Source: a virus (taxonomy: Duplodnaviria > Heunggongvirae > Uroviricota > Caudoviricetes). Taken from it: DNA of 64,000 nt. The notes beneath the pieces are model-generated. The model saw only the letters and a program-made list of their open reading frames with translations. It did no database searches and was not told where the DNA came from. The position numbers and the translations under genes were made by a program. Where the stretch lies: IMG/VR virus record IMGVR_UViG_3300032322_001781. The stretch is one strand, 5' to 3'. Positions 8,573-18,619 of the stretch are shown here, one piece after another (position 1 is the stretch's first letter; each line of letters opens with the position of its first letter).

Positions 8573-11500
8573 ATGAGTGAATCAAAAAAAATTATTACGA
8601 ATGAAAGAATTGAGCAATTTTTACAAGGCTCAGACCCACAGAAATATATTGTTGCAGTTGAAGCTGAGTATAATGAACCTAGGGTTACTTTGGTTATCAA
8701 CGACCCTAATACTGGTAAAAAGTTAGAAAATCATAAATATCAACCTTTTTTATGGTTTAAACATGATGTCACAGAAATCATGTATGGTGGCAAGCGCATG
8801 AAAATAATGGAAGCTTGTCAAAAATTTGATGTGAAGATTACAAAACTTAGGACATCAAATGATGAGGGGTATACACCAGCCAGAATGGAAAGTGGTTACA
8901 AGTACATAGCAAAGTGTAAGGGTTCTTATAATTCTTTGATTAATTTTTTTAAAGAAGGTGGTGTAGATGTTTTTAAAGGTCATTCAAAATTATTTGTTTT
9001 ATTTAACCCTATCGAACAATTTCTAATCCAAACAGGTAAACGTTTATTTAAAGGAATGGAAGACTATGATGATGTTCATAGATTCCAATTCGACTTAGAA
9101 ACTGAGGGATTATTTGCTTCAAAACATGGTATATTTCAAATAGGGTTTAGAAATAATAGAGGTATAGAACACGTTTTGGAAGTTACTGGTAACACACCAC
9201 AAGAAAAAAGAGATTCCGAAAGAGAAAATATTGCAAAATTTTTTAAAGTTATTGATGCCATTCAACCAGATATTATAGCTGGTTATAATTCTGAGAATTT
9301 TGACTGGCCATATCTTTTTGAAAGAGCTGAAAGATTGGGGATGGATATTAGTGATTTGGTGGTTACGCTTAATAGGATACACAAAATAAAAAGAAAACCA
9401 GCTACATTAAAATTAGGTGGTGAAACAGAGGCTTACAATCAAACTCACATGTATGGGTATAATATAATAGACATATCTCATGCTGTAAGACGGGCCATGG
9501 CTATCAACTCAGAAATAAAAAGTTGGGGTTTGAAGTACATCACACAATATTCTGATATAGCAAAACCTAACAGGGTTTATGTTCAAGGAGATAAAATTAA
9601 CTCAACATGGGTTGATAAAATAAATAAATACGCTTTTAATGATACAAATGGTGATTGGTACAAAATTGGTGATAAAACACCATTAAAGGAAAATTATAAA
9701 ATTGTAACTGGTAAGTATATTGTAGAAAGGTATCTATGTGATGACTTATGGGAGACTGAACAAATTGATAATCTTTACAACCAAGCATCGTTCCTTATTT
9801 CGAAGATGTTACCAACAACATTCATGCGTTCATCAACGATGGGTACTGCTGGTCAGTGGAAGTTAATTATGTCTGCATGGTCATATGAAAATGGATTGGC
9901 AATTCCAGAAACACAATCAAAACGTGATTTCACTGGTGGTCTTTCAAGATTATTGCAAGTTGGATACGCCAAGAATGTTGTAAAGCTTGACTTTGCGGCT
10001 CTTTATCCTAAAACACAGTTAACTTGGAGTATTTTCCCAGATTTGGATATATCTGGTGTTATGCGTGGTATTTTAACGTATGTTGTAGATACTCGTGACC
10101 ATTTTAAATTCTTGACTGGTATTGAAAAAGGTAAACTCAAAAAGCTTCAGAAGAAGTTAGATGAGAATAAAGCCAACATGACATCTGAAGAAATCACATC
10201 TTTAAAACCTGAAATTTCAGAACATAAAAGATTATCAACTCTATATGACAAGAAACAGTTGCCACTTAAGATTCTTGCAAACTCATGGTTTGGTTCGTAT
10301 GGCGCACCTTATATCTTTAACTGGGGTGATACTGATTCGGCTGAGGAAACAACATGTCGTGGTCGTCAATCCCTTCGACTTATGGTTAGGCACTTTACTG
10401 AAAAACATGGTTTTAAACCTCTAGTGGGAGATACTGATGGTTTTAACTTTGCATTTCCTGACAATATTGATGATATAAAATATGTTGCAAAGGGTAGTCA
10501 TTGGAAAACAAAAGACGATGCTGGTAAAGAACTAATTGGATTAGATGCTGTGTTGGCTGAGTTTAATGAAAATTATATGGAAGGCCGTATGGGTCTAGAC
10601 ATTGATGATGTTTGTAATGCAACAATAAACTTTGCTAGAAAGAATTACGCCAATGATATTGATGGTAAAATAAAATTGGTTGGTAACTCAGTCAAATCCA
10701 AAAAAATGTCTGTCTTTATTGAGGATTTTTTGAGCAAAGCTATTCGTATGTTATTAGATGGTGATGGTTATTCGTTTATAAACTATTATTATCAATACGT
10801 TGATAAGATTTATAACTATCAAATTCCTTTGGTTAAGATGGCAACAAAAGCTAAGGTAAAGTCTACGATTTCTGAATATAGGAAAAAGGCCACGATGAAG
10901 AATAAGGCTGGTAATCCAATGCCAAAACAAGCACATATGGAGCTTGCGTTACGTGAAGGTATGGATGTTACATTAGGAGATGTATTGTACTATATAAACA
11001 CTGGTAATTCAAAAACACAGGGTGATTTAAAAACAATAAATAGGTCAAAACTAAGTAAAAAACAATTAGAAAAATATATTGCTGAACATGGTGGACCTCC
11101 AACGTCTGAGATTACAGTTCAGTTAAATTGTAAACTTATAAACCCAGAAATAGTTGACCGTGACTTTGAATTGATTAAAGAGGTTGAAATGCTAACCAAA
11201 GCTTTGGCTCAACTAGAAGAAGACCCAGAGTCACAAGAAAGTATTCAAAACCGTATTGATGAGATAAATTCTCTATTATTTACAGATGAATACAATGTAG
11301 GAAAGTATTTAGAATCTTTTAATAAAAAAGTAAAACCACTGCTTGTTTGTTTTCAACCAGAAATACGTGATAGGGTCCTTTTAAATATTGTAAAACACAA
11401 AGACAAAACAACCAAAATAATAACTGAAAAGTTGCAAGATAGGTTAGTCTTTACAAAAGGAGAATGTGAATTGATTTCTGGAATACCTTTTAAACAAGCA

Positions 11501-12250
11501 GACCAAGATTCATATGAAGAACTTATGACGATGGAGGATAAAGAAATAAAATTTTGGGATAAGGTTAATAAAGTGCCTAATTACATGTCTGTAGAAGAAT
11601 GGGAATCTATAAGAAAAGATTATCATGAAAGAATGGCAATAGCAAAAGCTGAAGGTATTGAAAACGAGAAAAATACACTAGAAAATATTTTTAAAAAACT
11701 AGAAGTTGGTGATTTGAATAAAGTGATAACAAAAGGTGTATTGCCAATAGAAGTTTTTTCTATATGTGATTTATTAGGTGATGGTTCTGGTAATCTTGTT
11801 TCTAGAAAATGGGGTGAACAATTATGTCATGTTGATGATATATTTAAACATGAAAAAGAGGCTGTTGAACGGAATAAATTCTATAAATTAACTGGTTGTG
11901 AAAATGATGAACAACGATATGAGTTGTGGTTAGATTATATTATCGAACAAAAGTTTTTAAGCGGTGAAACTGAAACAATAAAAGTTGATGAAATTGATGT
12001 GGATAAAGAAAATATAGTAGAAAAAATAACCGAGTATTCTAAAGAAGTAAAAGTAACTGTTGAACCTGCTAATATTTTACAAAAATCTGATGATGATGAC
12101 GAATCTGAAGATGAAGAAGAGTCTGAAACAGATGAATACGATGATGGATTTAAATTAGATGATGAATTTGATGATACATTTGCGGATACTCCAGATGATT
12201 ATGTTTTTGAACAACCTAAAGAAGTTGATGAAGATGAATGGCCATTTTAA
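8573..12250 (+). CDS. Family B DNA polymerase with 3'-5' exonuclease and acidic C-terminal extension
   Basis: Exo I FDLET, Exo II YNSENFDWPY, Exo III YLCDD; polymerase motifs DFAALYP, KILANSWFG, GDTDG. Confidence 0.95.
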   Translation: MSESKKIITNERIEQFLQGSDPQKYIVAVEAEYNEPRVTLVINDPNTGKKLENHKYQPFLWFKHDVTEIMYGGKRMKIMEACQKFDVKITKLRTSNDEGYTPARMESGYKYIAKCKGSYNSLINFFKEGGVDVFKGHSKLFVLFNPIEQFLIQTGKRLFKGMEDYDDVHRFQFDLETEGLFASKHGIFQIGFRNNRGIEHVLEVTGNTPQEKRDSERENIAKFFKVIDAIQPDIIAGYNSENFDWPYLFERAERLGMDISDLVVTLNRIHKIKRKPATLKLGGETEAYNQTHMYGYNIIDISHAVRRAMAINSEIKSWGLKYITQYSDIAKPNRVYVQGDKINSTWVDKINKYAFNDTNGDWYKIGDKTPLKENYKIVTGKYIVERYLCDDLWETEQIDNLYNQASFLISKMLPTTFMRSSTMGTAGQWKLIMSAWSYENGLAIPETQSKRDFTGGLSRLLQVGYAKNVVKLDFAALYPKTQLTWSIFPDLDISGVMRGILTYVVDTRDHFKFLTGIEKGKLKKLQKKLDENKANMTSEEITSLKPEISEHKRLSTLYDKKQLPLKILANSWFGSYGAPYIFNWGDTDSAEETTCRGRQSLRLMVRHFTEKHGFKPLVGDTDGFNFAFPDNIDDIKYVAKGSHWKTKDDAGKELIGLDAVLAEFNENYMEGRMGLDIDDVCNATINFARKNYANDIDGKIKLVGNSVKSKKMSVFIEDFLSKAIRMLLDGDGYSFINYYYQYVDKIYNYQIPLVKMATKAKVKSTISEYRKKATMKNKAGNPMPKQAHMELALREGMDVTLGDVLYYINTGNSKTQGDLKTINRSKLSKKQLEKYIAEHGGPPTSEITVQLNCKLINPEIVDRDFELIKEVEMLTKALAQLEEDPESQESIQNRIDEINSLLFTDEYNVGKYLESFNKKVKPLLVCFQPEIRDRVLLNIVKHKDKTTKIITEKLQDRLVFTKGECELISGIPFKQADQDSYEELMTMEDKEIKFWDKVNKVPNYMSVEEWESIRKDYHERMAIAKAEGIENEKNTLENIFKKLEVGDLNKVITKGVLPIEVFSICDLLGDGSGNLVSRKWGEQLCHVDDIFKHEKEAVERNKFYKLTGCENDEQRYELWLDYIIEQKFLSGETETIKVDEIDVDKENIVEKITEYSKEVKVTVEPANILQKSDDDDESEDEEESETDEYDDGFKLDDEFDDTFADTPDDYVFEQPKEVDEDEWPF

Positions 12251-12252
12251 AT

Positions 12253-12281
12253 AAAAAAGGGGGATATTCCCCCTTTTTTTT
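12253..12281. terminator. Bidirectional intrinsic terminator
   Basis: AAAAAAGGGGGA-TAT-TCCCCCTTTTTTTTT between convergent genes. Confidence 0.9.
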
Positions 12282-12282
12282 A

Positions 12283-13425
12283 TTAATAAACCCAAAATCC
12301 TAATGGGTGATGTTTTAAATTCCTATTTAAATATTCAGCTTCGTTAGCACTTCGTTCTAATTGAGAAGTTGTTGATAGACGTTTAAGTCTTTCGTCTAAT
12401 CTTTCTAGCACTGATTTTCTTTCTTCGTTACCTTCACTTAAAAGACTGTCATAATCCATAGTTCTTTCAGCTTCTGGTGGTCCAACAATTCCACCAAATT
12501 TACCTCTAACTCTACCCAAAGTTCTTTTACCTTCAGCTAGGAATAATTGTCGTACCAATGTTTTTGTTGGTTCGTTAAAATCAGCGTAGTCTAATTTTGA
12601 TAATGGAATTTGATTTGGAAGTTTTATGATATCTGGATTATCTTTTAAACATTGGTCTACGTTTTCTGGTTTTGTATCATAATAAAAATACCAAACTTGG
12701 CAACCAGTCAGATTGATAGAACTACCAACCCCTCCGATACCTTGACCGAAAGAAAATTTAGAACCTGGCGTGCTTAATAAATGCAACAATTTCGTTCCAT
12801 TAGGACCAGCAGTCACTTTATAAACCAATTCACTTCTTATGATTCTATTTTTTAGATTCATATCCGCTGCTGTTAACAATATATCAAACGCTGGTGCTAT
12901 GTAATAACCCATACGAGCAAAACCTGGACCACCTGTTCCAGTACCACCACCAGTTTGAGCAAAACCACCACCAAAACCGTAGTCTATAGCACCATAATTT
13001 GCCAATAAAGCTTGACTAGTTGCTGGTGGAGTTATCCATAAAACTTCATTTATTTCACGACCAGCTGGGATTTGGTAAACTTGTCTACCAGCCTCTAATT
13101 CTACATAGTCTTTTTTAAGTTCCCATGGACCATTTGTCTGTAAACCAACTTGTTTTGAATAAGCATATGTTGATTGTTGTACATAATCTAATGACCTTAC
13201 ACTAAGAGCAAATGCCATGTCTGTTGTTGTAATATTTTGACCAAGAAGTGATTGCCACTGATGTTCTATAAGCCATTCTTGCACGTATTGTGCATAGTCT
13301 TCTATAGATATTTCAAGTAGTGTGCAAAGTTGGTCGTCTGTAAGTTCTATTTGACGAATAGGTGCTCCAAGTGAGTGTCTAAATTGTCTAAATAGTTTTT
13401 CTTTATCATCTGTGTTTACTGACAT
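12283..13425 (-). CDS. Neck/head-tail adaptor protein (T4 gp13-like)
   Basis: LGAPIRQIELTDDQL...IEDYAQY; C-terminal LAEGKRTLGRVRGKFGG; ATATTTATA motif upstream on the minus strand. Confidence 0.7.
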   Translation of the reverse strand: MSVNTDDKEKLFRQFRHSLGAPIRQIELTDDQLCTLLEISIEDYAQYVQEWLIEHQWQSLLGQNITTTDMAFALSVRSLDYVQQSTYAYSKQVGLQTNGPWELKKDYVELEAGRQVYQIPAGREINEVLWITPPATSQALLANYGAIDYGFGGGFAQTGGGTGTGGPGFARMGYYIAPAFDILLTAADMNLKNRIIRSELVYKVTAGPNGTKLLHLLSTPGSKFSFGQGIGGVGSSINLTGCQVWYFYYDTKPENVDQCLKDNPDIIKLPNQIPLSKLDYADFNEPTKTLVRQLFLAEGKRTLGRVRGKFGGIVGPPEAERTMDYDSLLSEGNEERKSVLERLDERLKRLSTTSQLERSANEAEYLNRNLKHHPLGFWVY

Positions 13426-13439
13426 AGTTTATCTTTTCC

Positions 13440-13448
13440 TATAAATAT
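13440..13448 (-). promoter_or_regulatory. ATATTTATA motif on the minus strand (putative late promoter)
   Basis: TATAAATAT on the + strand, 14 nt upstream of the minus-strand ATG at 13425; shows the motif follows gene orientation. Confidence 0.6.
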
Positions 13449-13462
13449 TAGATAAACCTGAA

Positions 13463-13717
13463 TTAAACTAAAAATCTCTTGGTTAATTCAGCCGCTTCTC
13501 TAATACTTTGAAATGATACATTTGGGACCAATAATTGGTTTTTTACTCTTACGATAGGAACTTCTTCTGATTTTGTTATTTCATGAATTTTGTTATATTC
13601 TTCTTCGTTTTCAGGTAAATTTACATTTACATCAGTGAATTCAATTCCTTCAGCTGAAAGAATTTCTTTAAGTTCTGTGCAATAAGGGCACTTTGGGATT
13701 GAATATATTCTTACCAT
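13463..13717 (-). CDS. Glutaredoxin/NrdH-like redoxin
   Basis: IYSIPKCPYC active site, EVPIV cis-Pro motif, 84 aa. Confidence 0.9.
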   Translation of the reverse strand: MVRIYSIPKCPYCTELKEILSAEGIEFTDVNVNLPENEEEYNKIHEITKSEEVPIVRVKNQLLVPNVSFQSIREAAELTKRFLV

Positions 13718-13726
13718 TATAAATTG

Positions 13727-14569
13727 TTATTTTAAATCTTTATATACTCTAACCACTTTTTTATCCTTTACCTCATAAACCATATTTATCTCAAGGTTTT
13801 CATCCATTATATTTGGTGAAAAGTGTAAACCATCCTCCCATAATTCTGGATTTATTAGTTCATACGTAATTGGGTTTATCATTGGTTTAGGTTCTGAAAA
13901 ATCAATTTCAGAAATTGGTGTTGGTTTATGAAAAATAAATGGCAATATATTTTCGTTTTCAGATGCTTTAAAAATATCTTCAATTTTAATTATTTTATTT
14001 CCAAATAAAACTTTATCACCAACAAACTCGTATTTAGATTTAATATAATTTTCAAACCAATCTAGAAAATTAACAATATCTTGGTATGAATAATCACTTT
14101 CAATATCCATAAATATTTTATGGTCTAAAAACATCCCAATGGGATAATAAACCCAATCATCTGGATTTCTACTATCGACTTCATCCACTAATTCTCTACA
14201 AAAAGATAAATCATTAAAATGATGTTTATATACGTGAGGCTCATACCCACCAATTTTAGTTTTATATGGTAAATTTAAACTTTTAATAAAATAAGGTTTT
14301 TTTTCATAATTAACATTAGATTCATATAATGATTTACGAAGTTTTAGTTTAAGCGTTTCTAACTTTTTATTGTAGTTGGTATTTGTCTTCACAACAAAAC
14401 CATTTTTTTTGAATTCGTCAACTTCTTCATCTGAACAATCTTCAATCCATTTAATATCAATATCAGTAAGTTCTGTTCCAAATTCACCATCATCGTTTAT
14501 TTTAGTTTCACCACGATTGGCAAATGGTATTAAACCGTTTTCTGGTATTTTAAATCCTATACTTTTCAT
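13727..14569 (-). CDS. Hypothetical protein
   Basis: 280-aa ORF tightly packed in the minus-strand operon; no motif recognised. Confidence 0.7.
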   Translation of the reverse strand: MKSIGFKIPENGLIPFANRGETKINDDGEFGTELTDIDIKWIEDCSDEEVDEFKKNGFVVKTNTNYNKKLETLKLKLRKSLYESNVNYEKKPYFIKSLNLPYKTKIGGYEPHVYKHHFNDLSFCRELVDEVDSRNPDDWVYYPIGMFLDHKIFMDIESDYSYQDIVNFLDWFENYIKSKYEFVGDKVLFGNKIIKIEDIFKASENENILPFIFHKPTPISEIDFSEPKPMINPITYELINPELWEDGLHFSPNIMDENLEINMVYEVKDKKVVRVYKDLK

Positions 14570-14572
14570 AAT

Positions 14573-15049
14573 TTATTTTTTAAAAAATTCAATTAGTTTT
14601 ATTTTTGGTAAATTCAAAACATTAATTATTTTAAAATCTGAACCATCAGTATTAGTTAATATAATATGATATGATTCGATTTTAAAATCTGTTTTAATCA
14701 CAACTCCAATATTATTTACATCCTCTTTGATTAAGAAAAATGGTTCAAAATCTTCTTTAATATCAGATTTATATCTTTTATAATTATATACATCATTTTC
14801 ACCAATAATGTAAAAATTTTCAAAGTTTTCAAATATTGTACAAATTTCTCCAGACGTAATTATAACATCTAAGTTAAATTCTTTCATATGATATAAGACA
14901 ACTTTATTCAGTGTTTCATTATGCTCAAGTTGAGTAATTCCATCAGTTTGATACCATTCGTAATCCCATACATAATCGGGTAAAATATTAACTTTTTTTT
15001 CGTATTCCTTAAATATTTTATATTCAAGTCTTTTTAATAAGTTTTTCAT
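14573..15049 (-). CDS. Hypothetical protein
   Basis: 158-aa ORF overlapping the helicase stop by 4 nt. Confidence 0.7.
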   Translation of the reverse strand: MKNLLKRLEYKIFKEYEKKVNILPDYVWDYEWYQTDGITQLEHNETLNKVVLYHMKEFNLDVIITSGEICTIFENFENFYIIGENDVYNYKRYKSDIKEDFEPFFLIKEDVNNIGVVIKTDFKIESYHIILTNTDGSDFKIINVLNLPKIKLIEFFKK

Positions 15050-16890
15050 AATTCGTTCATTAATTGTTCTGTCATAGTAATAGTTATTTCTTCTTCAGAC
15101 ATTTTTTTATCACCTATTATGGTTGATATAATATCTTTTTTATTATTTAACATTGACCACATTCTAGTTGATATTGTGTCTTCAAACAACTGGTAATAAA
15201 CATTAACATCATTTTTTTGACCAATCCTAAACGCTCTATCTTCTGCCTGTTCGTTGTCGCCTGGAACCCATGAAAATGAATTAAACACAACCACAGTGGC
15301 TTCAGTAAGTGTGATAGCAACACCAGCAGATTTTATATTTCCAATAAAAACTTTTACTTTTGAATTTTTTTGGAAAGCGTCAACAGATTTTTGTTTTTGT
15401 GTTGTGCTCATTGGTCCGTTGTGAGTAACCGCTAATTTTCCAAAATACTCAGCCAGTGCTTCAAGTTCGTTTGTAAAAGAAGTAAAAATAATTACTTTTC
15501 GACCCATGTCTATTGCATTTTCTACCATTTCAATTGTGTGTGGAATAGCAGCTTCAGCAATAAATTGGCGTAGCAAAATAAGTTCTACCAAATCTTTTTG
15601 CAAATTACCATTTTTTTTACCTTCAGTTATTCTTTTTTGTAAATAATCTTCCCATAACCCTTCATATTCTAACCATTCTGAGTCTGATAGTCTATGATAC
15701 ATTGGCGTGATAACCTTATCTGGCATATCCAAAACGTCTGTTTTTAAACGTCTAAGTATTATATTTTTGGTTTTTGCAGCTAGTTCATCCAAATTGCTAG
15801 CACCATCTGTTAGCCATATTTGTCTTTTTTGGCCATTTTTAAGCGTTCTGAAGAATTTTTTTCCGTCACAATATCTAACAGCATAGTGTTTCCAATTTTC
15901 AGCTAGTGGAGACTTTATTATGCGTAACAGATTAAAAAAATCCATCGGTCTATTAGCAACTGGTGTACCAGTTAATAACCAAACTTTTGTCACATTGTAT
16001 TTAGTGCAAAGTTCAACCATTATTTTACCCCTTATGCTATCATTATTTTTTAAATAATGTGCCTCATCAATAATAACAAGGTCAAAACCAGCGTTTGATA
16101 ACTCTCTTCTAAGTATTTGTTGTGGTTCGCCTTCATTTCTTTTTTTACCATCAGGCAGGGTGTAAAAGTTTTTAAGAATATCAAAGTTTATTATGGTAAA
16201 TTTTGCATGGTTCCATTTTTTACCTTCTACAATAACAGTATCATCACAAAAAACATTTATTTCACGTTCCCAATTTATTTTTGCTGAAGATGGACAAACA
16301 ACCAATATTTTTTTAGCACCACTTTCTAGAGCAGCTATTATTGATTGGGATGTTTTTCCCAACCCCATGTCATCAGCCAACACACAACCTTTTCTGGACA
16401 ATAAAAACTTTATACCTTCTTCTTGGTGTTTATATAATTTTTTACCGCTTTTTGATAAGATTTTATTGTATTTTTCAAAGTCCACATCAACACTTATCGG
16501 TTCAAAATATGGGTCATCGGTTACTTGTGTTTTTGGTAACCAATACATTTTAGATTCTTTTTGGTTTTTCTTTAATTTACCGTATACGTGAAATGATTTA
16601 TCTGTTTCAGCTAAAATGAATTCTACTAATATTTTTTCTGGTTCGAATGATAAATCATCCAATTTTTTTAACTCTTCACCCAAGTATTTTGTAATACCAA
16701 TAATTCTATTTATAAATAAAGGTTGGCGGTTATGATTTTCAATTATGTATTTTGATTGAGTTTCGGTTAAAGAAATTTTTTGGTTTTTTAAATATTCGTT
16801 CTTTAGTTTTAACAAATAGGGATTTATTCCATTGTATGTTTCTAACAATGATAAAGCTGAATGTCCTTTTATGTCATCAAGTGAAATCAA
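15046..16890 (-). CDS. SNF2/SWI2-family helicase (probable TTG start at 16890)
   Basis: LADDMGLGKT (Walker A), IIDEAH, LTGTPVAN, QAEDRAFRIGQ. The extension to 16956 looks like intergenic AT-rich sequence. Confidence 0.92.
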   Translation of the reverse strand: MISLDDIKGHSALSLLETYNGINPYLLKLKNEYLKNQKISLTETQSKYIIENHNRQPLFINRIIGITKYLGEELKKLDDLSFEPEKILVEFILAETDKSFHVYGKLKKNQKESKMYWLPKTQVTDDPYFEPISVDVDFEKYNKILSKSGKKLYKHQEEGIKFLLSRKGCVLADDMGLGKTSQSIIAALESGAKKILVVCPSSAKINWEREINVFCDDTVIVEGKKWNHAKFTIINFDILKNFYTLPDGKKRNEGEPQQILRRELSNAGFDLVIIDEAHYLKNNDSIRGKIMVELCTKYNVTKVWLLTGTPVANRPMDFFNLLRIIKSPLAENWKHYAVRYCDGKKFFRTLKNGQKRQIWLTDGASNLDELAAKTKNIILRRLKTDVLDMPDKVITPMYHRLSDSEWLEYEGLWEDYLQKRITEGKKNGNLQKDLVELILLRQFIAEAAIPHTIEMVENAIDMGRKVIIFTSFTNELEALAEYFGKLAVTHNGPMSTTQKQKSVDAFQKNSKVKVFIGNIKSAGVAITLTEATVVVFNSFSWVPGDNEQAEDRAFRIGQKNDVNVYYQLFEDTISTRMWSMLNNKKDIISTIIGDKKMSEEEITITMTEQLMNEL

Positions 16891-17009
16891 AATTGACTTT
16901 ATTTTTAATTTTTTATAATTATAACTAAATATAATAATTTTTATCCAATAAATCAATAGAAAACCAACTATTAATTTAAAATGAAACTATTTATATAGAA
17001 AACATAAAC

Positions 17010-17532
17010 ATGAAAGATAAAAAAATAACACCTATAACTAGGATAAATAAATTCTTCTCTGAAGAAGATTTTTTTTTTAGAAATCAGCATGGGTCGTGAA
17101 GCTATTGAGGGTGATGGAAATTTTACTCTAATTCTTTATAGAGTTGATAGGCAAGTGACTGAATATGATGGTATCTATGGTGAAGCTACAAAAGACGGTA
17201 TTAGATTTTACCCACCTGTTGAGCTTAAAGTAGTACCTATTTTAGATAAGCCAGAGAATCAAACCTATAATTCAAATGGTAGTCTTAGGCATATCCAAGA
17301 TGGTAATTTAACATTTGGTATTTATACTTCTCAATTGGATGAGTTAAAAACATCTATTAGTTATGGTGATTATATTGGTTACCCAGTCACTGAGACTGAA
17401 ATAAGATACTTTAGTGTTGCTAATGATGGGATAAAAAATTACGATAACGAACATACTATTATGGGTTATAAGGGGGCGTTTAGAACTATCGTTTGTGCAC
17501 CAGTAGATAATACCGAGTTTCGTGGTATGTAA
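17010..17532 (+). CDS. Head-closure/neck protein (gp14-like), interrupted by a +1 frame discontinuity at a T10 run
   Basis: ATG 17010 follows TATTTATA (16988-16995) and gives MKDKKITPITRINKFFSEEDFF; removing one T at 17069-17078 joins it to the 17089..17532 frame (FFLEISMGREAIEG). Confidence 0.6.
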
Positions 17533-17560
17533 TAAACATATTTATTAAGAAAAAAATATC

Positions 17561-18619
17561 ATGGCAGTACCAAAAGGTTTTAGAACCAACATAAACATTC
17601 TTAATCAAAAAATAGGACCAGAGAGGAGGCAAGAAATATTGGATGGAATTGCCAATCAAGGAACCTTTTTACCTAGAGGGGTGTCTGAAGAAGATATGGA
17701 CCAAGCTTTTGTTGAATTTTTGAAAGATGATGGTCGTGTAATGATTACAATCGATGGTGAAAGGATTCCAGTTATATTTTTAACGATTCAAAGATGGACA
17801 GAGTTTACAAAAACATGGAAATTTACTGATGAGTATAAAAATATAGAAATGCCTTTTATTACGGTTGTAAGAAGACCAGATATACAACAAGGACAAAACC
17901 AAGCTGGACTATGGAATATACCAGGTAATAGAACCTATACATACATGAAAATACCTACATGGGATGGAATAAGACATGGTATTGATTTGTATAAGGTTCC
18001 GCAACCAACACCTGTTGATATTACATATGAGGTTAGAATCTTCACAAATAGAATGAAAGATTTGAATAATTTTAACGGTCTTATTCAAAGGGCTTTTCAA
18101 TCTAGACAATGTTATATAAACGTAAAAGGACACCCTATGCCATTACATTTGGAAGGTATTGGTGATGAGAGCAACATTGAGAATTTTGAAAATAGACGTT
18201 TTTATATTCAAATGTTTGAAATGAAATTGCTTGGATATTTATTGGATGAGAATGATTATGAAGTTATACCTACTATAAACAGAACTGTAATGACGTTAGA
18301 ACTAGAAGAAACAAAAATATTTAATGATGTTATTTTTGAACCTAAGTTAGTTAATAACGATGTTACTTTTAACTTTGTTTATAAAGCTAGAGCAAACAAC
18401 CAATTTACATTTACAGCTCAGTATAATGTTACATTTAGTCAATTAGTTAATATAGAAAATTTAAATAGAATAGTTATAACAGTAAACAATGTAACTATAT
18501 TTGATGGAACAGTATTGGTAACACCATTTGTTTTTAATGCAAATGATGTTATTAGCATAAGAGTATATAAAGACTTCCTTAAAATAGGTAACTTTACATT
18601 AATAGGAAATACATTCTAA
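17561..18619 (+). CDS. Tail terminator/completion protein (gp15-like)
   Basis: DMDQAFVEF, MPFITVVR, PQPTPVDITYEVRIFT; position between neck and sheath genes. Confidence 0.6.
   Translation: MAVPKGFRTNINILNQKIGPERRQEILDGIANQGTFLPRGVSEEDMDQAFVEFLKDDGRVMITIDGERIPVIFLTIQRWTEFTKTWKFTDEYKNIEMPFITVVRRPDIQQGQNQAGLWNIPGNRTYTYMKIPTWDGIRHGIDLYKVPQPTPVDITYEVRIFTNRMKDLNNFNGLIQRAFQSRQCYINVKGHPMPLHLEGIGDESNIENFENRRFYIQMFEMKLLGYLLDENDYEVIPTINRTVMTLELEETKIFNDVIFEPKLVNNDVTFNFVYKARANNQFTFTAQYNVTFSQLVNIENLNRIVITVNNVTIFDGTVLVTPFVFNANDVISIRVYKDFLKIGNFTLIGNTF

Noticed and set aside
16891-16956. N-terminal extension of the SNF2 helicase given in the ORF track
   Set aside because: Low-complexity AT intergenic sequence containing a promoter-like TATATTTAG; TTG at 16890 is the more plausible start
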